Shown piece after piece: positions 1 to 11,369 of a stretch of 64,000 bases of DNA (its first letter is position 1; every line of letters starts with the position of its first letter). The notes beneath the pieces are model-generated. The model had not been told where the DNA came from. It saw only the letters and a list, made by a program, of their open reading frames with translations, and searched no databases. Position numbers and translations under genes: made by a program. Source of the stretch: Terriglobia bacterium (GTDB lineage Bacteria; Acidobacteriota; Terriglobia; JAJPHL01; JAPKYU01); contig CBDBKE010000001.1 in assembly GCA_965206645.1 (NCBI GenBank), positions 288,001-352,000 on the forward strand, written 5' to 3'.

Positions 1-393
1 GTGTTGCTCCCACGCACGCTCCACCGCACAACGCCGCCGCTCAGGGCTCAGAAGTTTCCCTGTGCCACATCCCGCAGTACCTGCTTCTCCAGAGAAAGCT
101 CCGCTACCAACCGCTTCAGCCGCGTGTTTTCCTTCTCCAACTCCTTTAGCCGTTTTGCCTGCACCACCTTCAGCCCGCCGTATTCCTTCCGCCACCGGTA
201 GTAGGTTTGGGTGTGGATTCCAGCTTCTTTGCAGGCTTGGGGCGCAGTCTTCCCGTTCCCCATCTGCACTTCTATCTGCCGTAGCACCGCTACAATCTGC
301 TCCGGCTTGTAACTCCTTGTCGGCATGACCTCACTTCCTCCTCAAGTGGATTCTCTCTCTTTCCACTTGGTACAAAAAGTGCCGGTCAGGTCA
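1..393 (-). mobile_element. IS3-family element, copy A (partial, runs off window start); orfA at 48..326
   Basis: Terminal TGACCTGACCGGCACTTTTTGTACCAA (reverse strand) ends at 393; 92-aa HTH orfA is near-identical to the other copies. Confidence 0.95.
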
Positions 394-784
394 GTTCAGC
401 AAGAGCGCGGCGGGCCGAAGAGGCTATTCTGTGATAATGGCAGCGAGTTTTGCAGTCAGGTGGTGGACCTGTGAGCCTATTAGAATGGGGTGAAGATCGA
501 CTTCTCGCGGCCGGGCAAGCCGACCGACAACGGGCACATCGAGTCATTCAACGGAACGTTCCGGGACGAATGTCTGAACACGCATTGGTTCACAACGCTG
601 GCCGAAGCCAGGCAGATCATCGAGGCTTGGCGAAGGGAGTACAATGAGGGTCGGCCTCACAGGGCCCTGGGGGAGCGTACACCGCACGAATTCGCCTTTC
701 AGATCGCAGCTCGCTGCGATCTGAAAGTCCGCAAAAGCCCGCAAGACTCACCCTGAGCTTGGTACAGAAATCCGGGGCCCCTCA
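394..784 (+). pseudogene. 3' remnant of a different IS3-family transposase (rve core) with its right end
   Basis: DNGSEF...DL*AY*NGVKIDFSRPGKPTDNGHIESFNGTFRDECLN with in-frame TGA 472-474 and TAG 481-483; ends TTGGTACAGAAATCCGGGGCCCCTCA. Confidence 0.85.
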
Positions 785-1570
785 CTGGCTATGTCGGACG
801 GCGTTGTTGCGTAATTCGCGCTCGCGGCGAACCGGGCCGAGAAGCTCATCCGCCTCAGTACACGCGCTCCGATCGTGGCATTCCAAGCTCCGCCATCCGG
901 TTCAGCACAGCGCACTTGATCGCGGCTTCGACTTTTTGGTTCTTGACCGTGCGGGCCGAGAGGCTTGCCCCGAGTATCGCCTTGTACCGTGAGACCGCAT
1001 TCTCCGCCACGCTCTGGCGAGTGCAGCCACTCGACTTCCGCCACTCATAACGGCCCTGCGTCCTAATACGCCGGAGATGGGTATCACGCATCGCACGCCA
1101 CGGAGGCGGATGAGAGTCTCGGCTGCATCGTGCATTGCGTCGCGGCAAGATCGTCACGATAGCGTCGTGCTGGAGCACGGCCTCGTAGCAGGAACCCGTG
1201 TCGTAGGCCCGGTCTGCGGAGACTTGCCCGATCGAACCAGGAGTCTTAGACAGCAACGAAGAGAGCCTTCGGGCGTCGTGGACGTTGCTCGCAGTCAGGT
1301 CCATCGCAACGATCTCTTTCGTCGTCTCATCGACGCCTAGGTGGAGCTTTCGCCATGTCCTACGGCGGAGGGTTCGGTGTTTTCTGATGTGCCACTCACC
1401 GGCTCCGTAGATCTTCAGGCCCGTCGAATCGATGACGACATGTCGTGGTCGATCCGTGGGCCCTACACTCAGTCGGACGTCGACGGCGCTTTGCCTTCGG
1501 CTCACCGTGCTGTAGTTGGGCACTGGGAGGTCGAGAGCCATGAGCGCCACGATGGATTGAAGGAACCCTT

Positions 1571-2820
1571 TGACCTGACCGGCACTTTTTGTACCAAGTG
1601 GAAAGAGAGAGAATCCACTTGAGGAGGAAGTGAGGTCATGCCGACAAGGAGTTACAAGCCGGAGCAGATTGTAGCGGTGCTACGGCAGATAGAAATGCAG
1701 ATGGGGAACGGGAAGACTGCGCCCCAAGCCTGCAAAGAAGCTGGAATCCACACCCAAACCTACTACCGGTGGCGGAAGGAATACGGCGGGCTGAAGGTGG
1801 TGCAGGCAAAACGGCTGAAGGAGTTGGAGAAGGAAAACACGCGGCTGAAGCGGTTGGTAGCGGAGCTTTCTCTGGAGAAGCAGGTGCTGCGGGATGTGGC
1901 ACAGGGAAACTTCTGAGCCCTGAGCGGCGGCGTTGTGCGGTGGAGCGTGCGTGGGAGCAACACGGGTTGTCGGAACGGCATGCCTGCCGGCTGCTGGGGC
2001 AATGGCGAGGGACACAACGATACGAGCCGATTCATCGGGTGGACGAGGATGCTCTGACCCGAGCGATCATTGCCCTGGGAGCGAAGTACGGGCGATATGG
2101 CTACCGGAGGATCACAGCGTTGCTGCGGAGTGCGGGCTGGGAAGTGGGCAAGGACCGGGTGCAGCGGATTTGGCGGCGGGAAGGGCTGAAAGTGCCGCAA
2201 AAACAAAGGCCGCGAGGACGGCTGTGGCTGAACGACGGTTCCTGTGTACGACTGAGGCCGGAGCGACCGAACCACGTGTGGAGCTACGACTTCATGAGTG
2301 CCAGAACGCACGAGGGGAGAACGCTGCGGCTGCTGACCTTGCTGGATGAGTACACGCGGGAATGCCTGGCGATCCGGGTGGAGCGGAGGATGGGCAGCCA
2401 ACAAATCATTGAGGCGTTGTCGGACGTGATGTTGTGGCGAGGGATACCGGAACAGATTCGATCCGACAATGGTCCCGAGTTCATCGCCAAACAACTGCGC
2501 CAGTGGTTGGCAAATCTAGGGACCGGGACACTGTACATCGAACCGGGCAGTCCCTGGGAGAACGGGTACTGCGAGAGTTTCAATGGGAAGCTGCGGGACG
2601 AATGCCTGAATGGAGAGATCTTCTACTCGTTGAAGGAGGCACAGGTGGTGATTGAACACTGGAGGGTGCAATACAACACGGTGCGGCCGCACTCGGCGCT
2701 CGGCTATAGGCCCCCGGCGCCGGGGGCCTATAGCCCTCCCCTGCCACTGAAACCAGTTTCACAGCCCCAGGCTGCGATGTAAACTCTCACTACGGTTGGT
2801 ACAAAAAATCGGTCTGGTCA
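1571..2820 (+). mobile_element. IS3-family element, copy B, 1250 bp, with 5-bp target duplication CCCTT
   Basis: TGACC...GGTCA ends; CCCTT at 1566-1570 and 2821-2825; orfA 1638..1916; orfB ending 2782 with WSYDF, DNGPEF and ESFNGKLRDECLN motifs. Confidence 0.97.
1904..1910 (+). promoter_or_regulatory. Likely -1 programmed ribosomal frameshift site G GGA AAC joining IS3 orfA and orfB
   Basis: X XXY YYZ heptamer in the orfA frame just before its stop; orfB is in the -1 frame; conserved in all copies. Confidence 0.8.
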
Positions 2821-3116
2821 CCCTTGAGTGGTCCGTAGGTTGAGGTGAAACACCGAATTCAGGACCAGCGCACATTGGATCGCCGCATCTGCGTAGACCT
2901 TGGGCCGGCCTCGCCCTTCGAAGGGTCCTGGATGACGCCAGGCAGCGACTGCCTCCGTGTCGAACCACAGTGTCAGCTGCCCACGTTTCACCAGAGCCCG
3001 GTTGTACTCCGGCCAGTTGCGAACCTTATATCGGAAGGTGTAGTCGCTTTTGCCCATCCCCTAGCTTATCAGGAGGGAGAGCGTTGGGGATGGAGTCAGC
3101 TTTCTGCAACAACGCC

Positions 3117-3605
3117 ACAGCCATCTGCCACTCACTAAGTGCTTTCTGGCGATCTATCTCATTTGCTCGGCCAAGAAAGGTGTCTCCGCAAAGCAACTCC
3201 AGCTGCAACTGGATGTAACTTACAAAACTGCTTGATACATGGCTCATCGTATTCGACTTGCTATGCAGGAAGACTCCGATTTCTGCGACAAGTTCTCCGG
3301 GACTGTCGAAGTTGACGAGACTTATATAGGTGGCAGACGGAAAGGGAAGCGCGGGCGCGGAGCCTCTAATAAAGTTCCTGTAGTCGCGATAAAAGAGAGA
3401 ACATCAGGCAGAATCCGTATGCAAGCATTGGATAGAGTCACTTCGACCAATCTTGCCAAGTTTATCCGTGAACACTCTGAACCAGGATCGGAAGTCCACA
3501 CCGACGAGTTCCGCTCTTATCTGTGGCTTGATACCTCTGAGTTTGTCCACGAATCGGTTAATCATACTGAAACCTACGTGAGAAACGGACGAATCCACAC
3601 TAAAG
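3117..3605 (+). pseudogene. IS1595-family transposase internal fragment
   Basis: KKGVSAKQLQ...YKTA*YMAHRIR...VEVDETYIGG...VHTDE...VNH...IHT; TGA at 3233-3235; both ends missing. Confidence 0.85.
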
Positions 3606-3681
3606 CGGACCTACCTTTTCTGCTGCGTAACGCAGAGCCGCGAAGGGGAAGACTTGGGCCAAGGGTACTCCTCCGTCAGGA

Positions 3682-3690
3682 TGATACAAT
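3682..3690 (+). promoter_or_regulatory. Extended -10 promoter (TGaTACAAT) for the HAD gene
   Basis: TGnTAnnnT 10 nt upstream of the ATG at 3701; no clear Shine-Dalgarno. Confidence 0.5.
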
Positions 3691-3700
3691 AGCCCGAGCG

Positions 3701-4408
3701 ATGCAGATTCGCCTGCTGATTTTCGATCTGGACGGCACGCTGATTGACTCCAAGCTCGACCTGGCGGTGGCGGTCAACGCCACCCGCGCTTCCCTCCACC
3801 TGCCGCCCATGGACGAGGGGAAAATCTATTCCTACGTCGGCGAAGGCGCGCCCAAGCTGATTCGGCGCGCGATTGGGCCGAAGTTTAGCGAAGAGGAGCT
3901 GGTGCGAGCGGTCGAGTTTTTCCTGGCCTACTACCGAGACCACAAGCTGGATCACACGCGTTTGTATCCCGGCGTGCCCGAATCCCTGGAGGCGCTCAGC
4001 GACCGCATTCTGGCGGTGCTCACCAACAAGCCGGTGCGCATCAGCCGGGAAATTCTGGAAGAGCTGGGAGTTGCCAGCTGCTTCCGCCACGTGTTCGGCG
4101 GAAACAGTTTTACTACCAAGAAACCTCACCCGGAGGGTGTGTTCACGATCCTTCAAGATACCGGAGTTCCGCCCGAGCAGGCGATGATGGTGGGCGATTC
4201 CGGTGTGGACGTGCTCACCGGGCGCAACGCAGGCATCCAGACCTGTGGGGTCAGCTACGGCTTCGCGCCGGAAACCTTCGAGCAGCACCCACCTGACTTG
4301 ATGGTGGACAGCCTCTCTGAGCTGGCAGCGCTGCTGAACTCAGCCCCATCGCAATCCGGTCCGACCTTGGCTGTTCCACTGATCCAGGACAGCAAGCCCC
4401 TTCCTTAG
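3701..4408 (+). CDS. gph: HAD-IA hydrolase, phosphoglycolate phosphatase-like
   Basis: IFDLDGTLIDS, LTNKP, KKPHP and MVGDS motifs; the ORF-track 389-aa ORF is a chance in-frame join to the IS1595 remnant. Confidence 0.85.
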   Translation: MQIRLLIFDLDGTLIDSKLDLAVAVNATRASLHLPPMDEGKIYSYVGEGAPKLIRRAIGPKFSEEELVRAVEFFLAYYRDHKLDHTRLYPGVPESLEALSDRILAVLTNKPVRISREILEELGVASCFRHVFGGNSFTTKKPHPEGVFTILQDTGVPPEQAMMVGDSGVDVLTGRNAGIQTCGVSYGFAPETFEQHPPDLMVDSLSELAALLNSAPSQSGPTLAVPLIQDSKPLP

Positions 4409-4477
4409 ACTTAGAAGTTCCCGTTTCCGGCAATTCATCTCCAACACCCGCTCAGCTGTGCGCTACTGGATGTATAA

Positions 4478-5712
4478 CGCTGCCAGCTCAACCGGTCGAT
4501 GCAACACAAGCGTTAAATCGTTCTGCCGGAGTTTCAAACTCCAGCGTCTGACGGGGCCGTTCGTTCAGCTGACGTGCCACCTTGTTCAGATGCGCCTGAG
4601 AGTGCACCGACAAGTCCGTTCCCTTGGGGAAGTACTGTCGAAGTAGACCGTTGGTGTTCTCATTCGAACCGCGCTGCCATGGACTCTGAGGATCACAGAA
4701 GTATACGTCAATGTCGGTCGCCAACGTGAACCGTCGATGCTCGGCGAGCTCCAGGCCTCGATCCCAAGTCAGAGATTTGTACAGTTCCGTCGGCAGCTTC
4801 TTCGCGTGCTTGATGAGCGCCGACACGACCGTCTCCGTTTTCTTGCTGGATACTTTCGTAAGCATCACGTAGCGCGTATGACGTTCGACCAGAGTCGCAA
4901 TGTGGCTGTTCTTCGATCCGGACAGCAGATCGCCTTCCCAATGACCGGGCACGGCACGATCTTCGACCGAGGCCGGGCGCTCACGGATCGATACGATGTC
5001 GGTGATCTGTCCTCGTCCATGGCCTCTCAGACTTGCATGTCGGGATCGACGAATCGTCCGCTTTGACCGCAGATGCTGCATCAGCTCTGCCTTCAGCGCA
5101 CCGCGGGCTTGAACAAACAGGCTGCGGTAGATGGTCTCGTGAGACACGTGATAGGACGGATCCTTCGGATAGGCTCGTTTCAGCCAGCTGGCGATCTGCT
5201 CAGGCGACCAGTTTATGCTGAGCTTTCTGGCCACTACCCGTCGTAGTTGTGGATGCTTGACCAGCTGACACCGCTTCGGCCGGCGGGCCCTCTCCCCGGC
5301 TTGCTCATCGGCCTCCGCTGCTCGATAGTCATTATCGCCGCCATTCCGCCGAATCTCCCGGCTCACCGTCGATGGTGAGCGACCCAGCAACCCGGCGATG
5401 GATCGTATCGATTGATGTGCCGCAATGCCTCGAGAGATCTCTTCGCGCTCCGACAACGTCAGTGCCCAACATGAACGGCGTGGTGGCCGAGGACGGATGC
5501 CTCCGTACGGAGCAAGCTGATGGTAAACAGACGATGGCTGCTTACAAAACACTCGTCCAATCGACTTGAGCGACTCCCCTCGTTTCCACCGATCCCACAC
5601 CTCCTCCAGTTCCGCCAGCGTGTAACCGCGACGAGCTCTTTGCTTCATCCGCATACACTCCACCTCCTCCTTTCAAGGCAAAGTGTTGCGTCGATGGGTT
5701 GAGACCACCGCG
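4478..5712 (-). mobile_element. IS30-family element; transposase 4488..5663
   Basis: STVSREIRRN, WSPEQI, SHETIY, GHWEGDL, TWDRG, PWQRGSNENTNGLLRQYFPKG; imperfect IRs CTCAACCGGTCGATGCAACAC / GTGTTGCGTCGATGGGTTGAG; exact ends approximate. Confidence 0.92.
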
Positions 5713-6099
5713 CTTATCGGAAACTGACCCACTAGCCAGCGCCGACCGAGCGGCTTAGCCCACATACCCACAGGCGCAGCAACAACGACAGGAAGATCTA
5801 TCCAAGGAGATTTTGGCGGTATGAGTGACAATCGGAATATACCTTAAACAAACCGCCAAGCCGCCCGACTGACCGGGGCCACCTCAAGATCCTCTGGCAC
5901 GCTCTCGCCGATCGTCCTACGGCACGCCGTGCTGCGAGAGTACCCAAGACGCGACTAGCGTCAACAACAGTACGAAAAGGGCAACAGCCACCGCCGGTCC
6001 CCTTTGTGTTCGTTTCATCGTTCTTCCCCCCTCACAGCGTCCTCCCCGCCCACCGCACCTGCCCGAGGACCACGGCCGTCTTTTGGCCACGGCAGGGGC

Positions 6100-6239
6100 T
6101 TGTAGTTTTTATAATTTGTCTGAAAACGCAGACCGCTCTTCCGAAGCTCCTGCTGAATCAATAGCTCCAAGGGGCCATCTCTAAGCTTCACGCATTTCAT
6201 TGCGTGTGAGCGCTGAGCAGGTGTCATAAGATCAGGCAT
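6100..6239 (-). pseudogene. vsr: N-terminal fragment of a Vsr very-short-patch repair endonuclease
   Basis: MPDLMTPAQRSHAMKCVKLRDGPLELLIQQELRKSGLRF resembles the Vsr N-terminus, then unrelated sequence follows. Confidence 0.65.
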
Positions 6240-6268
6240 GATGGACGACTCCTGAAATGCCACTCTGT

Positions 6269-7330
6269 GGCGTTGTTGCAGAAATCTGACTCCATCCCCA
6301 ACGCTCTCCCTCCTGATAGGCTAGGGGATGGGCAAAAGCGACTACACCTTCCGATATAAGGTTCGCAACTGGCCGGAGTACAACCGGGCTCTGGTGAAAC
6401 GTGGGCAGCTGACACTGTGGTTCGACACGGAGGCAGTCGCTGCCTGGCGTCATCCAGGACCCATCGAAGGGCGAGGCCGGCCCAAGGTCTACGCAGATGC
6501 GGCGATCCAATGTGCGCTGGTCCTGAATTCGGTGTTTCACCTCAACCTACGGACCACTGAAGGGTTCCTTCAATCCATCGTGGCGCTCATGGCTCTCGAC
6601 CTCCCAGTGCCCAACTACAGCACGGTGAGCCGAAGGCAAAGCGCCGTCGACGTCCGACTGAGTGTAGGGCCCACGGATCGACCACGACATGTCGTCATCG
6701 ATTCGACGGGCCTGAAGATCTACGGAGCCGGTGAGTGGCACATCAGAAAACACCGAACCCTCCGCCGTAGGACATGGCGAAAGCTCCACCTAGGCGTCGA
6801 TGAGACGACGAAAGAGATCGTTGCGATGGACCTGACTGCGAGCAACGTCCACGACGCCCGAAGGCTCTCTTCGTTGCTGTCTAAGACTCCTGGTTCGATC
6901 GGGCAAGTCTCCGCAGACCGGGCCTACGACACGGGTTCCTGCTACGAGGCCGTGCTCCAGCACGACGCTATCGTGACGATCTTGCCGCGACGCAATGCAC
7001 GATGCAGCCGAGACTCTCATCCGCCTCCGTGGCGTGCGATGCGTGATACCCATCTCCGGCGTATTAGGACGCAGGGCCGTTATGAGTGGCGGAAGTCGAG
7101 TGGCTGCACTCGCCAGAGCGTGGCGGAGAATGCGGTCTCACGGTACAAGGCGATACTCGGGGTAAGCCTCTCGGCCCGCACGGTCAAGAACCAAAAAGTC
7201 GAAGCCGCCATCAAGTGCGCTGTGCTGAACCGGATGGCGGAGCTTGGAATGCCACGATCGGAGCGCGTGTACTGAGGCGGATGAGCTTCTCGGCCCGGTT
7301 CGCCGCGAGCGCGAATTACGCAACAACGCC
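6269..7330 (+). mobile_element. IS5-family (IS903 group) element, copy 2; transposase 6328..7275
   Basis: GGCGTTGTTGC IRs; YKVRNWPEYNRAL, IDSTGLK, WRKLHL and ADRAYD motifs; no target duplication. Confidence 0.95.
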
Positions 7331-7379
7331 CTCCGCCAGTGTGCACTCGCCTCTCTGGAGCAGCGGTCACGGGTAGAAT

Positions 7380-7701
7380 CGCTCAATCGCGGATCGGCGA
7401 TGCAGTGCGATTAATTGAACAGGTCGGTAGTCCCCGCGTCAAGATCCTCTTCGACATCTACCACCAGCAGGTAGAGGAGGGAAACACGATTCAACTGGTC
7501 CGGCACTACCACCCATATGTCGGCTATATCCACGTCGCGGATGTCCCGGGTCGGCATGAGCCGGGCACCGGTGAAATCAATTACCCTAAGGTGGCAGAGG
7601 CTCTTCGTGAGGTTGGATACCAAGGAGTAGTCGGGCTGGAAGCGATTCCCTTGGCTGATGATGAACAGGCTCTAGGCCGTTTCCGTGAGGTGTTTGGCTA
7701 A
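7380..7701 (+). pseudogene. C-terminal part of a hydroxypyruvate isomerase-family TIM barrel
   Basis: LFDIYHQQVEEGN...HVADVPGRHEPGTGEINY...VGLE; 5' half missing next to the IS. Confidence 0.8.
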
Positions 7702-7861
7702 GCCGATCCGAAAGGTGGTCTGCGAGATCCTCTCTCGGTCGAGATAGAGGAACGCTTCCCCCTGAGCAACTCGAAGCCCCATACCGCGATCCAATCACCC
7801 TAGCACCGCCCGAAGTGACTACTGATAAATTCGCCTCAGCGGATTCTCTTCTGGCGCGCTT

Positions 7862-8659
7862 TTATTTGTCTTTTATATTTTCTAATTGCTGTTCCTCTAA
7901 AATAGGGACATCCGGTTCCAGGGTTTTCCACCCCTCGGGATGGTCCGGATGAAGAACGCCGTAAAGAGTCTTGCCAGCTTCAGGTACCAAGGCCCTCACC
8001 GCGATACGGGCACCTCTACCGTCCCGCCTGCAGATCGCATCTGAAACCGCTTTGTGAAGCGGCAAACCAACGGAGGGTAAAAGGTGTCTTGTGATACGTT
8101 GCGTGCTACGTAGCGCCATTCTGATGGTCGCACCCATCTTTTTTAAAAGCTCGTTGTGGGAAGCGATAAAAATCGCATTGTGGAACTTTACGTCTGCCGC
8201 ATCGTACGCGTCACCGTCGTCGGCAAAAAGTTCGGCTTGGCGGTAGGCGTCTCTTATTTTGCCTAAGTCCGCCACGGAGCCCCGAAGCGCTGCGAGCTCA
8301 CAGGCCGCCGTCTCAGCGATCAACCGAACTTCACAAAGATTTCGCACGAACAGATCGTCGACCCCCGCCTCACCTAGCCAGGCAAGTAGCTCTGGATCGA
8401 GGAGGTTCCATTCGTCGCGTGGTCGTATGCGGATGCCGACCTTGGGACGGACCTCCAGCAGACCTTTCGCGGCGAGCACTTTTGTCGACTCTCGGAGAAC
8501 GGTTCGGCTAACCTTCAGGTGCTTTGCGAGATCGGTCTCGTTGGAGAGTCCGGGCTCTCGATCCGGAAACTTACCCTGCAGGATCTGTAATGCAAGATAT
8601 TGGGTGATTTGATCGTGCAGTCTTTGTCTCTTGATTGGCGGGCGCCGTAACAAAGGCAT
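7862..8659 (-). CDS. GntR/FadR-family transcriptional regulator
   Basis: wHTH LAKHLKVSRTVLRE...GLLEVRPKVG followed by an FCD domain (DVKFHNAIFIASHN). Confidence 0.9.
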   Translation of the reverse strand: MPLLRRPPIKRQRLHDQITQYLALQILQGKFPDREPGLSNETDLAKHLKVSRTVLRESTKVLAAKGLLEVRPKVGIRIRPRDEWNLLDPELLAWLGEAGVDDLFVRNLCEVRLIAETAACELAALRGSVADLGKIRDAYRQAELFADDGDAYDAADVKFHNAIFIASHNELLKKMGATIRMALRSTQRITRHLLPSVGLPLHKAVSDAICRRDGRGARIAVRALVPEAGKTLYGVLHPDHPEGWKTLEPDVPILEEQQLENIKDK

Positions 8660-8708
8660 AGTATTGAGCCTGAAATGTGCTATCGCGTATCTAGCTGGAA
8701 TTGACCGG

Positions 8709-11351
8709 TCAACTCCGAGTGATAAATTCGTCTAGGTTCAAGAGCAACCGGGCGATTGCAACCCAGAGTGCTGCTTCGGGGGGGGAGATGTCTTGCAATT
8801 CCTGCGCAGGGAAAAGCTGGTAAGCCAGGTCCGGGTATTTTTCCAAGATTCTCTTTTGCTCTTGGTAATAGCTGGCGAGACGCTCGCTCTCTGAAGCCCC
8901 GGGCTCCCTGGCGAGGCACAGTTGGAAGGCGTAGCGCAGACGGTCATCCCAACTGCCACGCTCATGGCGCAGAATCCGAACGGCCAGCACCTGGGCTGCC
9001 TCTACAAACACTGGATCGTTCAGCAGGTTCAAGGCCTGCAGGGGCGTGGTGCTTCGTTCGCGTCGAGTGCAGGGAAGAAGAGAATCCGGGGCGTCAAAGT
9101 TTGTTAGCAGTGGATAGGGAGTCGTTCGCAAAAACTTGATGTATAGTCCGCGCCGATAGCGGTCCGTCCCTTTGCTTCCCTCCCATCTGGGCGGTCCGAA
9201 TACGAAGCCAAACTCGATCACACCCTCAGGCTGATGGGGCTCGATACTCCTGCCACCGATGACCGGACTCAAGAGGCCGCTTACGGAGAGCGCAGCGTCG
9301 CGAATCAGTTCCGCGGAGAGACGCAGGCGGACCTGACGAGCCAGCATCTTGTTACCGGGATCATTGGTTTCCATCTCTGGCCTTACGTGCGAGGACTGCC
9401 GGTAGGTAGCCGATTGCACGATGAGCCTGTGCATTTTCTTCATGTCCCAGCCACTTGACATAAAGTCAGTGGCTAGCCAGTCGAGCAATTCGGGGTGCGA
9501 GGCTGGCTCGGATCGTGTGCCGAAGTCACCTGGCGTCCCTACCAGGCCACGACCGAAAAACTCTTGCCAAGCGCGGTTGACCCATATGCGCGAGGTCAGT
9601 GGATTTTCCTCAGACACCACCCACTTGGCCAGGTCCAGGCGTGAAGGGTTGGGAGCCGGGGGAGGGGAATTGAGAATGGACAGCACGCCCGGCTGGACCT
9701 CGATTCCCGGTTGTAGGTAATCCCCGCGGATCAGGATGTGGGTCTTGGGAGGCTGAGGATTCTGCATCAGGATCTGGGCCTCGGTAGGTCCAGGATATTC
9801 CTTTTTCAGATTATGCAGCTTCTCCTTTAGTTCTTCCAACTTCAGTTCTTCGTATTTTTTCTTCCCAACAGAAACCTGATAAAAGTCGGCAAAAAAGTCG
9901 GTCAGCTTATCCTGCTGTTTTTGGGTCCGCTCGTGGGGAGGAAGCATCAGCAATTTGCCTCCCTCGTCCACTGTGACCAGCAGGTTGGACCAACCGGCGT
10001 CGTAAGGAGGATTGGCGCCCGGGTTCCGCCCGGCCGCCAGCGTTTTCTTTTCCCAATCGGGATAGAGTTCCGGCACCTTGTACTCAGCCAATAATGCTTT
10101 TCGTTTATGTTCGTACTCTACCTGCCGCTGTAGATAAGTCCCCAATTCTCCCAGGTAAGGGACTTCGATATTTGCTTCCTTAGCGCTATTGAAAAACGCG
10201 AAGAGCTGATAAAACTCGCGCTGGCTGATCGGATCGTACTTGTGGTCATGGCAACGGGCACAGCCGACCGTGAGCCCCAGCCAAACGGCTCCCAGGGTCG
10301 AGGTGCGATCCACAATCTGTTCGATCCGGTACTCTTCGGGTTTAACGCCACCTTCGCGATTCGTCAGGGTGTTGCGAAAAAATCCGGTCGCGATCTTTTG
10401 CTCGGCAGTAGCATTCGGCAGCAGGTCGCCCGCGAGCTGCTCGAGTGTGAACTGGTCGAAGGGAATGTTGCGATTCAGCGCTTGAATCACCCAATCGCGC
10501 CAACGCCAGGCGTAAGGACGGACAAAGTCCTTTTCATAGCCGTCACTGTCGGCGTAGTGAGCCAGATCAAGCCATTGCCGCGCCCACTTCTCTCCGTAAT
10601 GGGTCGAAGCAAGCAGGCGGTCCACCAGGCGCTCATACGCATCCGGGCGCTGGTCAGCTAAGAACTGGGCCACTTCCTCAGGTGTCGGGGGCAGCCCGAT
10701 CAGATCGAAGTAGAGGCGCCGAATCAAAGTAGACCGGTCGGCCTCCGGAGAGGGCACGATTTTCTCTGCTTCCAACCGAGCAAGGACAAAGGCATCAATC
10801 GGGTTGCGAATCCAGGTCTGGTTGCGCACGTTCGGAAGGGCCGGGCGCTGAGGGGCATTGAAGGCCCAGTGCTTACTTCGTGGGCTTGGGACCTGCAGGG
10901 TGGTAGCTTGCTTCGCCGCCGCCGGCTCCTGCGCCCACTTGGCACCCTGGTCAATCCACCCTCGCAGAAGGCTCACCTGCTCCACGGTCAGCCTTTCTCC
11001 CACCATCGGCATGACCGAACCCTTCACTAAGCCCGCGACCATGTGGATGAGCCTGCTTCCGGCGCTGTTCCCCGGCTTAATCACCGGCCCGGAGTTGCCT
11101 CCGGCCAACGTTGCAGCCTTACTGTCCAGGCGTAATCCACCCATCTGCTGCTTCGGGCCATGGCAGATGGAGCACCTCTCTCGAAACAGCGGCTCGACGT
11201 CCCGTGAAAAATCAACCTGGATTTTTGCCGCAGGAGGCAACGCCTGGATGTCTATTTCCTGGGCCAAATGGGGGACGTAAGCAATTCCCAGAAGAAAAAG
11301 CACCGCAACGCTTGATGTAAAGACCCGTTTGAACATGGAAATCAACTCCAA
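8709..11351 (-). CDS. PSD1/planctomycete cytochrome c domain protein (PSCyt1 + DUF1549 + DUF1553)
   Basis: Signal peptide, CSICH and CARCHDHKYDP motifs, HWAF, YGEKWARQWLD, TPLQAL, C-terminal LLNLDEFITRS. Confidence 0.92.
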   Translation of the reverse strand: MELISMFKRVFTSSVAVLFLLGIAYVPHLAQEIDIQALPPAAKIQVDFSRDVEPLFRERCSICHGPKQQMGGLRLDSKAATLAGGNSGPVIKPGNSAGSRLIHMVAGLVKGSVMPMVGERLTVEQVSLLRGWIDQGAKWAQEPAAAKQATTLQVPSPRSKHWAFNAPQRPALPNVRNQTWIRNPIDAFVLARLEAEKIVPSPEADRSTLIRRLYFDLIGLPPTPEEVAQFLADQRPDAYERLVDRLLASTHYGEKWARQWLDLAHYADSDGYEKDFVRPYAWRWRDWVIQALNRNIPFDQFTLEQLAGDLLPNATAEQKIATGFFRNTLTNREGGVKPEEYRIEQIVDRTSTLGAVWLGLTVGCARCHDHKYDPISQREFYQLFAFFNSAKEANIEVPYLGELGTYLQRQVEYEHKRKALLAEYKVPELYPDWEKKTLAAGRNPGANPPYDAGWSNLLVTVDEGGKLLMLPPHERTQKQQDKLTDFFADFYQVSVGKKKYEELKLEELKEKLHNLKKEYPGPTEAQILMQNPQPPKTHILIRGDYLQPGIEVQPGVLSILNSPPPAPNPSRLDLAKWVVSEENPLTSRIWVNRAWQEFFGRGLVGTPGDFGTRSEPASHPELLDWLATDFMSSGWDMKKMHRLIVQSATYRQSSHVRPEMETNDPGNKMLARQVRLRLSAELIRDAALSVSGLLSPVIGGRSIEPHQPEGVIEFGFVFGPPRWEGSKGTDRYRRGLYIKFLRTTPYPLLTNFDAPDSLLPCTRRERSTTPLQALNLLNDPVFVEAAQVLAVRILRHERGSWDDRLRYAFQLCLAREPGASESERLASYYQEQKRILEKYPDLAYQLFPAQELQDISPPEAALWVAIARLLLNLDEFITRS

Positions 11352-11369
11352 GAGAAAAACTGCGGTCTC

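Larger units (their letters stand above)
800..3116 (-). mobile_element. IS5-family (IS903 group) element, copy 1, interrupted by IS3 copy B
   Basis: GGCGTTGTTGC terminal inverted repeats at 800 and 3116; transposase halves at 855..1570 and 2821..3057 match the intact copies at 6328 and 30156. Confidence 0.93.

Noticed and set aside
1769-1903. ORF-track N-terminal extension of IS3 orfB and the many antisense or overlapping ORFs in IS and GC-rich genes
   Set aside because: These are shadow frames; orfB is better explained by the -1 frameshift at GGGAAAC
3239-4408. Novel IS1595-HAD fusion protein
   Set aside because: The transposase part is a broken fragment and the HAD gene has its own -10 and ATG at 3701, so this is a chance in-frame join
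4465-5725. IS30 inserted in a dif/Xer-like site (GTATAA ... TTATCGGAAACT flanks)
   Set aside because: The reconstructed spacer and XerD arm do not fit well and the element ends are uncertain
800-7330. Composite transposon of inverted IS903-like copies carrying gph and IS30
   Set aside because: Outer flanks ATGTCGGAC / CTCCGCCAG are not duplicated and one copy is inactivated; there is no evidence of joint movement
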